From assembly GCF_964194155.1 (NCBI RefSeq), contig NC_135883.1:90768001-90832000 (forward strand): a stretch of 64,000 nucleotides of DNA, given 5' to 3'. Made by a program: the position numbers and the translations under genes. Positions 12,436 to 24,816 of the stretch are shown here, piece after piece. This DNA comes from Cetorhinus maximus (lineage: Eukaryota). Under the pieces are notes generated by a model that was not told the origin of the DNA, did no database searches, and saw nothing but the letters and a program-made list of their open reading frames with translations. Positions within the stretch are counted from its first letter, which is position 1. Every line of letters begins with the position of its first letter.

Positions 12436-14429
12436 TAAGTAGAAAAAAGTAGAAGAAAACTAATTGATTTAGTGCTACTAGTCTGAAGTGTCTGTAAGTA
12501 CCATTTGTAGCACTGGCACATATGTATGTGTGTGTGTGTGTATATAAAGCTTTATATGAGTATGATCTAAAAAGAGGGTATATCATTTTTGAAAAAAAAG
12601 TGATATTGGGCCAAGAATCAGTCTCCAATTCCGAATAGCCAAGGACATCCTAATTACATTCAGAAGTCAAGAAGTGAAAAGAAAGAACTTAGGTAGAGGT
12701 TGCACATGCTATTAACATCGAGCCTAGTTGTGTGGATGTAAAAGCAGGAAGAGGCTTTCTATATGTTACAATAAGTAGTCCAACTGCAATCAAATTCAAT
12801 TAAAACTGCTTTTCTATGAAATATGGAATACTTGCACAATGTATCTGGTAAAATTCTCAGATGGCCACTTGCATCTGTCATCTTTTTCTTTATCATAATG
12901 ACAGGCTCAACTCATAGAGATTCTGAGTAATTTAATTATTTAGTTTTCTGGAGGATTTTGGTATTCTCAAATTATTTATCCTCCTCAGCCTGCTGCAGTT
13001 CCTGTTTCTTTCCCTACTAGTTGTTCTGTAACAAAAGGATCGGCTATGGTAATGGTCTATTCTGTCAAACTTTGTGTGACTTTTCTTATTTGCCATTAGA
13101 AAATACAAATTAAAGAAAAGGAAAATATTGCAATTATTTTTATGCATCTGTGTGCAGGTATTGTGTGAAGTAAACGGATTTTTTTTGCTGTTTGAATATT
13201 TCTCCATGCATAGAAACCAATGGAAAATTTTTTGCAGGTAGTTGAAGATTTCATCAAAACAAAATCTGCTATTCAATGGTACTTTCTGCAGTATCATGAA
13301 CGTAGCAATATTTGCCTGCAGCTACACAATGTGCTGTAAAAATAATTTTTAGATTTATGAAGAATGCAACAATGGGTCATGTTTTTCAGTGAGTGGCAAA
13401 CGCCATTTGTTACACTTGCTCTTTCCCAAAGTCTTGATGGGCTGTTGTACTAGAACTTGCTGTGATTAGTGAGCCACTTAATTTCAGTTCCCTCTACAGG
13501 GTACCTGGGTCCTGTGTGAACAGTTCCAGTAACTCTGTATCTCCTTAACTAATCAGATTGAAGAATCATTACTGATTCTGAACCAGTTATAAATATTTAA
13601 TCCGATACCAATTTATGTAGAGCAGGAGAAATGCATAGAGAGAAAGAAAGATGGGATTGAAAGAGAGAGATAAAAGACACAGAAGTTTTTTAAAAATATG
13701 CCTTTTTATTTTTAATACCTTCAACAATAATTAAAAGTTTAAAGAATAAGACTCCACTTTTCCATGTTACACTGGAATGGACTGGCCCTAACTTTTTCTG
13801 GCATGTTTTGTGGGTATCTATCATGTAAGTACAGCATCTTCACCCTGTTCCTTGTGCTTCAATGCTGAGTGCCTCCGCGAGATACTCTAATAGCAAAGTT
13901 TGCAGTCCAAGTTCAACTTGGACTGCAACTTCCTGGTTTTAGCGTTTAACTGCATATATGTGGTTGCCAGAGGTTGCTGCCTGATTAGCACTCTAAAAAC
14001 ATTAATCACTGATAGCATCAACATTATTTCTACCGTAAAATCCAGGCCATAGTTTTTGGTGCAATTTCGAAGTGTAACAGAAAGATTTTCAGCTTCAATG
14101 ACACTAAAGTAGGTGGGTTCCATTCACTTTCAGTTTTCTTTGAGTATTGATTTCCAATGTATTCTTGCACCTTTATTGAGGAGTTTCTTATTTTTTAGAT
14201 CATTGCTTTGTATCTAAATTTCCAGTTGGTTAACCATCACAATGTTCTTCCAAGATATGACAGTTCAGTACTTCATGGTAAGATATAGAATAGTCATCGT
14301 ACAATTATATATTCTTGACAGAAAATCCAGAATGTTTTGTGCTCACCAACTACATGACCTTCAGGTAAGGGTGATCAGGCAGTGGAAACAGTATGAGTAG
14401 AGCCAAGACATAGCAAAGGATGCAAGACT

Positions 14430-14560
14430 GACAGGAATGGTCTACAGACCTCCTGATAATACGAATGTTGTAGAATGTATAGGTATGGATATGAAGGACA
14501 TATGTAACAAAAACAATGTGGTTATTGTGGGATATTTTCACTTTCACATAGGCTGGGTCA
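14430..14560 (+). mobile_element. CR1 endonuclease fragment
   Basis: VYRPPD...VVIVGYF.F.IGW matches the APE motifs YRPP and GDFN in degraded form. Confidence 0.6.
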
Positions 14561-15558
14561 AACCTGGTGTATATTCTTCTTCCACATGTACAGTGAAAAA
14601 AATTGGGAAACAAAAATAGACTGAATTTTGTACAATTTTATTTGAATATGATGAGATATGTAAGTGGAGGATAGGAATAGAGTTGGGAAAATGAAAGACA
14701 CACAAAGGATGCATCAAAGATAGTAAGTAATACAGCTCTCGATACAGAATTATTTCAACAAACGAAACGTCAAACAATGAGAGCAAAAAAGGTAAAACTT
14801 GACATTTTATAATTCTTGCATTGTACCTTCAATAGTGTGAACATTTACTGGTCTATTTGTAAGTGTGGCCCCCTCAATAAAATATTGGCAACACAAAAGT
14901 AACACAAACTCATGAACCTGAATTTTAATTGCATCATTCAACACAATGGAAAATGTGTTGGATATAATCTGCTGTTCTTCACTTTTCCCCATCCAGGATT
15001 TGGGAACACTGTGTATGCAGATAGAACTAAGTGAAAATATTTACATTTGAGGTTTTAATTCCGAAGTGGCCCAAGAACCTGACTAAGTGGTTGTACCACA
15101 CTTCATTTACAGTTCCCTTCATCCCTAGGTCTTAGATATATAACAAACTACCAGAATCTCTGTCCCACTGTCCAGACAGTAGTACATTTCAAAGCCAGGG
15201 TGGAGCAGATGTTTGAGGAAGGTATTCTTAACTGTTTTGAAACAATGCCTGTATTTAAAGACTTTTGGCTACAGCTAAGTGGAAGATTGAACGTACCCTA
15301 TTTAATTTCTTGTATCGTCAACCACCTGCAGCCCTCCAAACCCCCCTACTTAGGACACTTCTTTGACTGAGGTTTAACAGAACTATTAGTAAACAAGAGA
15401 GTAGTAATACATCAATTTTTATTGCTACTTTAAGTCCCGATCTCCTGAATGGAGGCAAAGCTTGCATTTAAATCGCACCTTTCATGTTTCAGGATGCCCC
15501 AAATTGTCAGACATCCAATGAAGTACTTTTGAAGTCAGTTACTAAATTGTTTGTTAAG

Positions 15559-15900
15559 GGGAGGCAATGGCATAGTTGTATTGTTGCTGTACTAGTAATC
15601 CAGAGACTCAGGGTAATGCTCTGGGGACCTGGGTTCGAATCCCACTCTGGCAGATGGTGGAATTTGAATTCAATAAAAATCTGGAATTAAAAGTTTAATG
15701 ATGACCATGAAACCATTATTGATTGTCATAAAGACCCATCTGGTTCACTAATGAGGGAAGGAAATTTGCTGTCCTTTCCTGGTCTGGCCTAAATTTGACT
15801 CCAGACCCACAGCAATGTGGTTGACTCTTAATGCCCTCTGGACTAGGGCAATTTAGGGATGGGCAAAAATGCAGGCCTAGCCCACATCCCATGAATGAAT
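15559..15900 (+). mobile_element. tRNA-derived SINE (full length)
   Basis: A-box-like tggcatagttg, B box gggttcgaatccc, body, tail gggcaatttagggatgggc...cccacatcccatgaatgaat; related copies at 20770-21100, 36570-36660 and 62890-63272. Confidence 0.85.
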
Positions 15901-17022
15901 TTTTTAAAATTGTTCATTCATGAGAAATTCAAGCTTTAGTTATGAAGAAATGATAATATTTCTTCACGTTAGACCAGAATGCTGTTTTTTAAAGCATATT
16001 GGAATAAACAATTAAATTTTTCCGCAAAAGGAGATTTGAGCCGTTCAGTATTAACTTCCCATTAATAGGATTGGGTACATTTCAACAACTCTTAAAGTGA
16101 TTCACCTGAACATTAATAATAGACTTGTACCAACTTAGCTACTTCAGGAGGGTAAAAGGAGAATCCTTTGATTTGTTTTCTTCTGTTGCCAAAAAGGATT
16201 TGTATCACACAAAATCATCTACTACAGGACTGTGTGCAGCTGCCATGTTCATATGAATATGTTAAAACTGATGAAAAAGGCAATTAATATTTGCTAAAGG
16301 TGGAACTATGAGCATTTGATTTGAAAACTTGCTATTACAGATCTCCTTTTTGGAAAATTAGTGTCAAGCCAAGACCCATGTTGAACTTAAAAAAGACTTC
16401 TAAGAATATTGGTGCTACTCACAGCTCTCCATGTTAATGGCATTGTTAAGAGTTTTGGAGGGATCTAAAATTTTACATATTAACATTAGCAATCCCCATG
16501 GAGACTGATTCTTCGTTCCCAATGGTTTACTTCTGTTCATTTCCTTTCCCAGCCTGGTAATTTTAGAGTTGTCTTTCACAGTGAGCTTTTTTTCCCTGAA
16601 TATACTTCCTCTGACGTAAGGTTGGCGAACCTTCCAGCTTCATTTCCACTCCTTGTGCATTTGGTCTTTTCGATCCAAGAGTGAACTCCCACTTTCATTC
16701 CTGATTAGTGAACTACATCCTGCTGCCTATAGGTGCTTTCCCTCTCTGGGATCCGGGTAGGCTAACCTTGTCTGAGAGTTTTCACGGATACCTTAGACCC
16801 TTCCCCTCTCAAAGCTCATCTCCAGGGCAATCTTCATTTTACCTTCAATTTAAGACACAGTCCCAAAATATAACAATCTTATAAACCTCATAATTGTAGC
16901 AACATTAAAATCATGTTTAGGTGCTACACATCAATTATGTTACCTATGACTGTTCAAATGCTGAGCCCCGTATGTGTAGTAAAATCAATGTGTCCTTATA
17001 TTATCTCCCTCTTCTGTTTTAG

Positions 17023-17151
<129 letters not shown>

Positions 17152-18350
17152 GCTGTTGAGAAACAAACAAAGTAGCGCAAATGTTTTGGACCTTTTGAAT
17201 AGTATCCATTGAATAGTAAATATTCATTATTTTAATCCAAATGTGCGTGCTGTAAACAAAGCAAAATAACTTGTAATATGCAACATGCATGCTGCCATAA
17301 AATTAATACGAGGCTGCAGGAAATGGACTGCAACAACCTTAACCGCCTCTGTGAGGAGATGTCTGCTTTGAGCTGCAATTTTTGCCATGTTGCAAAAAAG
17401 CCATAAATAATTGAATATCCAGAGATTTATTTACAATGAACTTTCTTTTTTCCTTTTGTTTGTTGTTAAGCCACACATTTATATATAAAAAAAGAGACTT
17501 TCTATGTGGGGTCATTCCTATTCTGGTTTCATTGAATACTATAAATTGAGAGCTTAGCATACATGCTCTATTACATTTTTTTCTATTTTATATGGCGTTG
17601 ATTAATATCAATGCGCTTGATAGATAAAACATCAACATTTTTATTTCTAGTAATTTGTTTAAGATATGAAGATGAGGAAAAAAAAAAATGCTCTAAGAGA
17701 TGATGATCGTATATTACTGAAGGCGTGGAATAGACCCAAAAGACAAATATTGCACTTGATTTCGATCTTCTGAAATAAGTCTGGTATTGAATATGTGAAT
17801 CAACTTTAACTTTATTTTATTTTATTCTTCATTTTCTAGACTTGATTTTTTGTGCATTTCTTCTGCAAATTAAAACATTCCCTTTATACAAAGTACATAG
17901 ATCCCTAATGTTGTAAATTGTTTGTGTCTACTTCAACAAAAATAAAACAATATTTTTATGTACGTTTTCTAAGGTGATGAATATAAAATGTGTGGGAACA
18001 GATGCATTATCTAAAGAATTGGTATTTTAATTACTGTACAATTTTCAGCCATTGTGGACAGGATGCTTAAAATGTTTACTTTTTTCTTCTGACATTTACT
18101 GTGCAGATAAAATCTCACCAATGAAAATATGGCTGGTTGACAGGGATCCAAGATCAGTAATCATCTTGAGTCTGACTAGAAACTCAGTTGAAATTCTTTG
18201 GCAGTTGCTGTTGGCATTCTGTGTGTGTGTGTGATTTGGGAATGTTTGATATAAGTTTATACATACTCTGTGATCACAATTCTCAAAGATGGTTTGTACA
18301 TTCCTTTCTGGACACATTCTATAAAAAATAAAACTGAAGAAAATACATTT
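17152..18350 (+). other. Probable 3' UTR of the mannosidase gene
   Basis: AT-rich stretch with no recognised transposon after the stop; ends at AATAAA plus a GT-rich downstream element. Confidence 0.65.
17941..17946 (+). terminator. Proximal polyadenylation signal candidate
   Basis: AATAAA followed by a T-rich stretch. Confidence 0.4.
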
Positions 18351-18372
18351 GTGTTGTGGTTGTGTACTGTGA
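18327..18372 (+). terminator. Polyadenylation signal with GU-rich downstream element
   Basis: AATAAA 18327-18332, then tttgtgttgtggttgtgtactgtg about 20 nt later. Confidence 0.65.
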
Positions 18373-18436
18373 CAGGATATAATACTGGCAAAGAAATGTA
18401 GGGAGTTTGTTACCCTGTATTAAACATAATTACACT

Positions 18437-19700
18437 AACAACGGCATTTATATAAAGCTTTTAGCCTAAGAAAGCATTCCAAGGTACTGCATAGAAGCGT
18501 AAGGAGAGAAAAATGGATTCTAAGCGAAAGGAGGGATTTAAGAGGGATGACCAAAAGCTTGGCCAAAGAGGTGGGCTTTAAAGATGGTATTCAAGGAAGA
18601 GAAGCAAATGAAGTTAGAATGGGAATTCCAGATTGTGGTGCCTAAGTGTTGAATGGTATAGCTGCCAAATGGTGGGGAAAGGGAAAAAGAGTTGCACAAG
18701 AATCGCAATCAGAGGAACATAGAGCAGAATTTTCCCCTTGGTGGGGATGCTCGGCAGGGACGGTCGGCATCGCACTGCAATTTTATGCTGGCGGGCCAAT
18801 TAAGGCCCACCCAGCGTGAAACGTGAGTGGCAGCGCTGAGCGCTGCCTGTGCGGGAGGGGGGAGGAGGGCGAGTGGGCCTAGCGTGAACTTCACACACAG
18901 CTGTCTCAGGTAGATAAAACGCTGTTTAAGAAAACTAATGAAGAAAATAAAAATGTCATAAAACATGTCCCCTCATGTGACCCTGTCACATGAACAGGGA
19001 CATGTTTTTAATTCCAAGTGTAAAATTTTAATTTTATTTTTATTTGCTTTAGGAAACCTCACCCTGCCCATGGATGAGGTTTGCTAAAAAGCACAAAGGC
19101 TGCTTGATGTTTTCGCCTGCCTGCCAACTGTAAGGTTGGATGGGCAGCGTAAATTTGAATGTAATTACTTTTTTAATAGGCCTTTAATTGTCGGCGGGTG
19201 CGCTGCCCACTCCGGCGGACGCCCGCTGATTGAAGTATCGCAGGACTACGTGATGACGTCAGGACGTTCATCCGACATCATCGCGCGTCGTTTTACGTCC
19301 GTACGCTGAGCTCAATATTCTACTCACAGAGCATTTTAGTGCTGTAGATGATTACAAAGATAGATGTTTGGTTTGGGAATTGGGAGCTAATGTAGGGGGA
19401 ACAAAGACAGACAAATGGAATTTGGTTCTGGGAAGCAAAGTTCATGGAAGGTGGAGGATGGGAGGCTGCCCAGAAGACCATTGGGAATATCTGTATCTGG
19501 AGGTAACAAAATTATGGATGAGTGTTTCAGCAGCAGGCTGAGGGTTGAATGCAAACAATATTACAGAGATGGAAGTAAGACAGTCTTTGTGATGAAAGAA
19601 ATATAGAACTGGAACTTCAACTCAGGGTCAGCACACTGAGGCTGCATATAGTCTGGTTGGGCATGAGACAGTGGCTAGGGTGGAGAAACAAGGCAGTAGT
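18437..19700 (-). mobile_element. Old L2-clade LINE 3' end, split by a MITE
   Basis: gatgaccaaaagcttggccaaagaggtgggctttaa shared with 46735-47340 and 59405-59930. Confidence 0.65.
18722..19325. mobile_element. Harbinger-type MITE
   Basis: TIRs gagcagaatttt / aatattctactc; flanks ata/aca; homologous to 20087-20617 and 39870-40509. Confidence 0.8.
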
Positions 19701-20086
19701 GAAACTATGTAGTTTACATCCGTTCTCTTTTTGCTGTATGGGTTCAAGTCAATTCCAGACCTAAAGATGGGATTTAATCATTGTAATTGCCTGTGGAGGT
19801 TCAGTTAAACTTGCAGTGGTCATTAACCCATGATGCTATTGAATCCCACCCTGACTATGCTAATGTTGCTCTGAAGGTATTAGCAAGATTGGTAAACATT
19901 TATCTGTAATTATCCTGTGGACCCATGGAGCACCAATTACTCACTTTGTATGAACCTGGATATAAATGTTAATGAATATTCAGTCATGCTGAGAAGGTGT
20001 CCAATTTTAGTTTTGTCCACTGGGTGCCTTCCAGATAGGAATCTCAAATAGAACTGAGGTTACCAGCAAACAGCCAAAATTCCATG

Positions 20087-20617
20087 GGGGAGAAATTTCC
20101 CCCCATCAGGGGGGTTGTGCGGGGCGGGCGCGGACCCGATTGGTGCCCCCGATCGGGTCCGTGCTACCATTTTACGTGAGCGGGCCAATTAAGGCCCGCC
20201 CAGCGTCACACTGAGCGCTCCCGGTGCTGAGCGTGCATGCAGGTGCCTCAGGGAGATTAGTTTAAGTTTTAAAAATCTAAATGAAGAAAAGAAAAAATTT
20301 TAAGACGTCCCCTCATGTGACAGTGTCACATGAGCTGGGACATGTCAATGACTTTTTATGAAAAATTTTATTCAATTCATAAACCCTTCATGAAACTTCA
20401 TCCTGCCCGTGGATGAGGTTCCATGAAAAATGCGAAGGCCGCCTGGGCTCTTTGCCTGCTCGCCAACCTTAAGGCTGGACGGGCAGCTCAGTTTATTAGT
20501 TTTTAAATGGCCTTAATAGGCCTTTGACAGCTCGGCGGGCGTGCAGCCAAGTTGGCTGCGCGCCCGCTGAACTGAAAATCTAAATGCCCGACATCGCCGA
20601 GGCCGAAAATTCTGGCC
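20087..20617. mobile_element. Harbinger-type MITE
   Basis: TIRs ggggagaaattt / aaaattctggcc; flanks atg/att; same family as 18722-19325. Confidence 0.82.
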
Positions 20618-20769
20618 ATTGAAACCTCTACAGTAACAAACATAAACTGTAGTAAACTCCAGGACACACAAACCCATTGAGTAATAAAGTACCTTGCACT
20701 ACACAAAGTGCTCACTTTGTATTTGTATATAAGAAACATACTCTTTGTCTGCTCACAAACTATTATACC

Positions 20770-21100
20770 TGTAGGAAAAGCTACCAGCCATGAATTACAG
20801 GAGTTCAATAGCACCATAACAGTTTGAGAATTTGAATTTGGTTTGAAAAGTAACTGACACCAGGGGAAAGAAGTGACCATGAAGCTGTTGATAACCCAAA
20901 TGATTAACTAAAACCTTTTAGGAAATGAACACTGTCATTGTCACCCACCTTGGTCTATGTGTGACTCCAATCCCACAACAGTGCATTTGGCTTTTAATGG
21001 TCTTCTGAAATGGCCTCACAAGCTGCTCAATTGTAACTAGCATTGACATATGGTTCAAGAATGGCTTTCGCCACTTTTCAGTGCAACTAGGGATGGGCAA
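20770..21100 (+). mobile_element. Degraded tRNA-derived SINE
   Basis: Aligns by eye to 15559-15900 (gaatttgaatt, gtgactcca...cccaca, tagggatgggcaaaa). Confidence 0.65.
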
Positions 21101-21694
21101 AATGAAAAAGCACTAACTACATACACAATTGATCTATTTTTGAAAGCTACCAATCAAGAATCAACAATTTTTGTAATTCACCGAACAGCTGATTTCCTTA
21201 AGCTTCCATGTTGGTTCCTCAGCCAACCAAGTGCATAAACCTTGAAAGAAACTTAAAAAGAGGAAAAAAATAACTACATAAAACAGACTATAAAATTGCC
21301 AAATGCAGTAAGTTTTGAGTTTTCAGCCCTATCATCCCTCATGGAACTGGCGTCTAAATTTGTTGTCTTTCCTGGTTTTTGGTCTCTTCCACTGAATCTT
21401 TCCTTCCAATATTAACACATGTAACATCAGCATCCGTGAATAAAGAGCTGCCACTCCAGTGGAATGGAATAAGACATTCACACATTTTTCCAACCATAGA
21501 TCATTCCAGCTCCAAATTCTTTGGCCAGCATGCCTAAAGTTCTTCCCAACCAATCCGCTCTTACCTTGAGTACCCTGGTTCCATTCCAGATCTGCCTCCA
21601 TTGAGTCCATCCATCCCATCGCTTCAGTATCCCCTTCTTGACAGTCTCTCCCATTCAGTCTGTCTACATTATCAGCTACCAATGCAATGGGAGA

Positions 21695-21960
21695 AATAGA
21701 AAATGCTGGAAAAAAAATCTCAGCAGGTTGGGCAGCACCTGTGCGGGGAGAGAAACCGTGTTAACTTTTCAGGCCTGTGACCTTCCATCAGAATAGGAGG
21801 AAAGTTAGAGATGTAATAGGTTTTGAGCAAGGGGTGGGTGGAACAAGAAATGTTAACATTGTTTCTCTCTCTATGCAGATGCATCCTAACCTGCTGAGGT
21901 TTTTATTCAGCATTTCCTGTTTTTATTTCAGATTTCTAGCAACTGCAGTACTCTGCTTTT
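21695..21960. mobile_element. Inverted pair of Penelope pseudo-LTR ends
   Basis: gaaaatgctggaaaa..ctcagcagg on the left and cctgctgagg..cagcatttcctg on the right; degenerate hammerhead motif on the - strand at about 21760-21795. Confidence 0.65.
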
Positions 21961-22819
21961 CAATTGGAGAAATATATCTCTGCCTAAATCGTGATACATT
22001 TGTATCATCGAGCAATTTACATCATTTCTAACTGTGATTAAAGAAAAATTTGCAGGGCTATAGGTAAAGAGCAGGGTACTGGGACTAATTGTACAGTTCT
22101 TTCAATAAGTCAGCATGGGCAGGATAGACCAAATAACTATATTTTATGCTGAAAGATTCTGAGAACGATGGAGACACAGTATAGAGCACATCTCTCAAGG
22201 AACAATAGCAAGAAACGTGTTTTAAAGAATGGCAGTTGAGGCATGCAAAGCCAGAAATGTTACTGCAATTTTCTCAACAGCAGAAATGGGAACAAACATT
22301 TTACCACGTGAATAATACCAAATAAGTGTTCACTATTGTCCGCTTGCAGCTTAAACAATATCTGCGAGGTTGTGTTTACTTAGTTTATAGTAAATATTAA
22401 ACAGTCCGTCCATGTTTCTTTCATCTAAAGCAGTGTCATTTTTTTATATATATAGAAATTGTAAATGAGTTAAACTCCCAACAGAATTGAGAACTATTGT
22501 ATACTTACTGGGGAAAAAGCTTAACCTTTAATTTGTGATTAGACGTTTGCACAAAAAGCATGTTAATGCCCAACAAATCTGGAAGCTTTTCGACCAAGTG
22601 GCATTGATCAATATATTTAATGGAATCTGGCACGAATGATAATTGAAACACATTAATTGGGCCCAATGAGAGAGCATTCAAACAAAGTATACAGAAGGAA
22701 GCTTGAGACAAAACAAATCGAAAACAAACTACAAAAAAACCAATCTGCCTTTCTGTCACATTCTGCTGAATGTTTTCCAATTTTGTTTTCTCCATTTGCA
22801 AGTTCCCCTCCAAGCCACA

Positions 22820-23030
22820 CTCCATTCTGACTTTGGAATACATCGCATTTTCTTCACTGTCGCTGGGTCAAAATCCTGGAACTCCCTTCCTAACAACACT
22901 GTGGGTGTACCTACACCACAGGGACTGCAGTGGTTCAAGAAGGCAGCTCACCACCACCTTCTCAAGGGAAATTAGGGATGGGTAATAATTGCTGGCCTAG
23001 CCAGTAACACCCACATCCTGTAAATGAGTA
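22820..23030 (+). mobile_element. CR1/L2-superfamily LINE 3' end sharing its tail with the tRNA-SINE
   Basis: FFTVAGSKSWNSLPNNTVG...FKKAAHHHLLKGN*, followed by tagggatggg..gctggcctagccag..cccacatcc. Confidence 0.75.
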
Positions 23031-23159
23031 AAAAGAAATCTTGTTCTATGTAATACATTACGCATTACAATATAAACATCTCTTTCATCATAAAACAGTA
23101 TTGCCTGGCTGAACGTGACCACTGGTGGGGGTGGGCGTTGGTTTGCTCAATTATTCTTG

Positions 23160-23797
23160 CTACTGAAACTTACAAGACAGAGGGAGGCCATTCAGTCCAT
23201 CATGCCTTTCAAAAGAGTAGTTGTGTTAAGTCCCACATCCCCATTTTTTTTGTGTCTAAAACCCTAGTTCTTCATTTTCAAGTACCTGACCAACTTCCCT
23301 TTAACATTATTCATGGGGTCGTTTCCACTGCCTTCCCAGGACAAATGTTCAAAATCCTGACAACTCTGAATGAATAATTTTTCCTCATCTAGATGTTGTT
23401 CCAATGATTTTGAATCTGGAACCTCTAGTTATTGACCCATACACCAGAGGGTTTTCATCTTATTTACTCTTATCAAAATCTTTCATCATGAAAGTCTCTA
23501 TTAGATCACCCCTTAAACTTATCTGTTCCAAGAGAAAACAGTCCTAACATTTCCAAACCCCTCCTCATCATTGAAGTGCCTATTCTTGTTAACATGCTGC
23601 TAAATCTCCCCTGTACTATTTCCTGAAGTGTGGTGCCCAGTATTGTCCACAATACTCCAGCTGTGGCCTAACAAATGATTTATAAAGTTCCAGCATGATT
23701 GCTTGCTTTTACATCCACCTTTAAGGATTTATGTTCAAGTAACAAAGGTCATGCTGCTCATCTACACTTTTCAAAATCTTGCCATTTTTGGTATATT
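23160..23797 (-). mobile_element. Old CR1, 3' half (interrupted by Harbinger)
   Basis: gtgtggtgcccagtattgtccacaatactccagctgtggcctaac; continues after 31535. Confidence 0.75.
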
Positions 23798-24816
23798 GGG
23801 CAGAATCGCCCCAGAAATCAGCCAAGTCTGATGTCGGGCAGGAAAAGGGGCATTTGACCCGCCAACGACAATGGCAGCTTTTTCCCGCCATATCGTGCAG
23901 CACTTTGTCTCAAAAACATAGAGGCGCAGGCTTCATGTCAGATCGCTGGTGAGGTAGCCTCTGATTCACCCGGCCCAACATGACCTCAGGCCTTCAGTAA
24001 CCTGGGCACCATATTTAAAGGGTACCCACGCACAGAGCTAGCACTCTCCAAGGGATCAAAAGCTGATGGAAAGTCATGGCTGCCAAAGGGGGGTAAACAT
24101 GCTGCCCTCAAATTTAGCAACACTTTCTTCAAGCGCCTACAGGACACAGTGGAGGCCCGCTGCAAAGTGGTACCTCCACTCTGAGCGAAGATCAGCAAGC
24201 AAGGTCACCAGTTCAGCATGGGAGGCAGTGGCAGGTGGTCAGTGACAACATCCTGCAAAAGGACAGCCACTCCGTGCCGAAAAAGAATGAATGTTCTCTG
24301 TTCCACCAGGGTAATTCACTGTCCTCATCACTCTCAACCCTCACACCCACAAACCCATCACACATCCACAGGGATCTCACTCATTGTCAGTTCAAGAGAC
24401 ATCACCATTAACACTCTCTCACACACCTTTATCTGCCCTGCAGATAGTGTCCTCATCCAGCCCATGGCAGCACTCACCAGCCACACATGCCAGACATCCT
24501 TCTAATCTGCCCTGGCAGGCATCCTGCTTACACATTCTCCATCTGTATTCATGCACAAGCTGGCACACAACAAAAGGGAGAGGTCCCAGATTGGTGGAGG
24601 AATGCCAGACATCAAGGCCCTCAAAGAATTTGAAAATAGAGCCATCAGTCTGGCTGACAACGATCTGGACCATTCCTGTGCTGACGGTGAGGTTGGCAGC
24701 ATTCAACCAAGTGAGAATCCAACAGTGCAATTTCCACCAGATGATGCTGCTGTGAGTGAGTTCCCCTATTCTGCAGACCCTTGCCATGCATTAATTATCT
24801 CTCCTTGCTTTCACAG

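Noticed and set aside
13560-14048. One-ended TIR element in the last intron
   Set aside because: Only one TIR-like end (aaaatccaggcc) was found; no partner or TSD.
15559-15650. tRNA gene
   Set aside because: A/B boxes only, no cloverleaf; it continues into a SINE body found in several copies.
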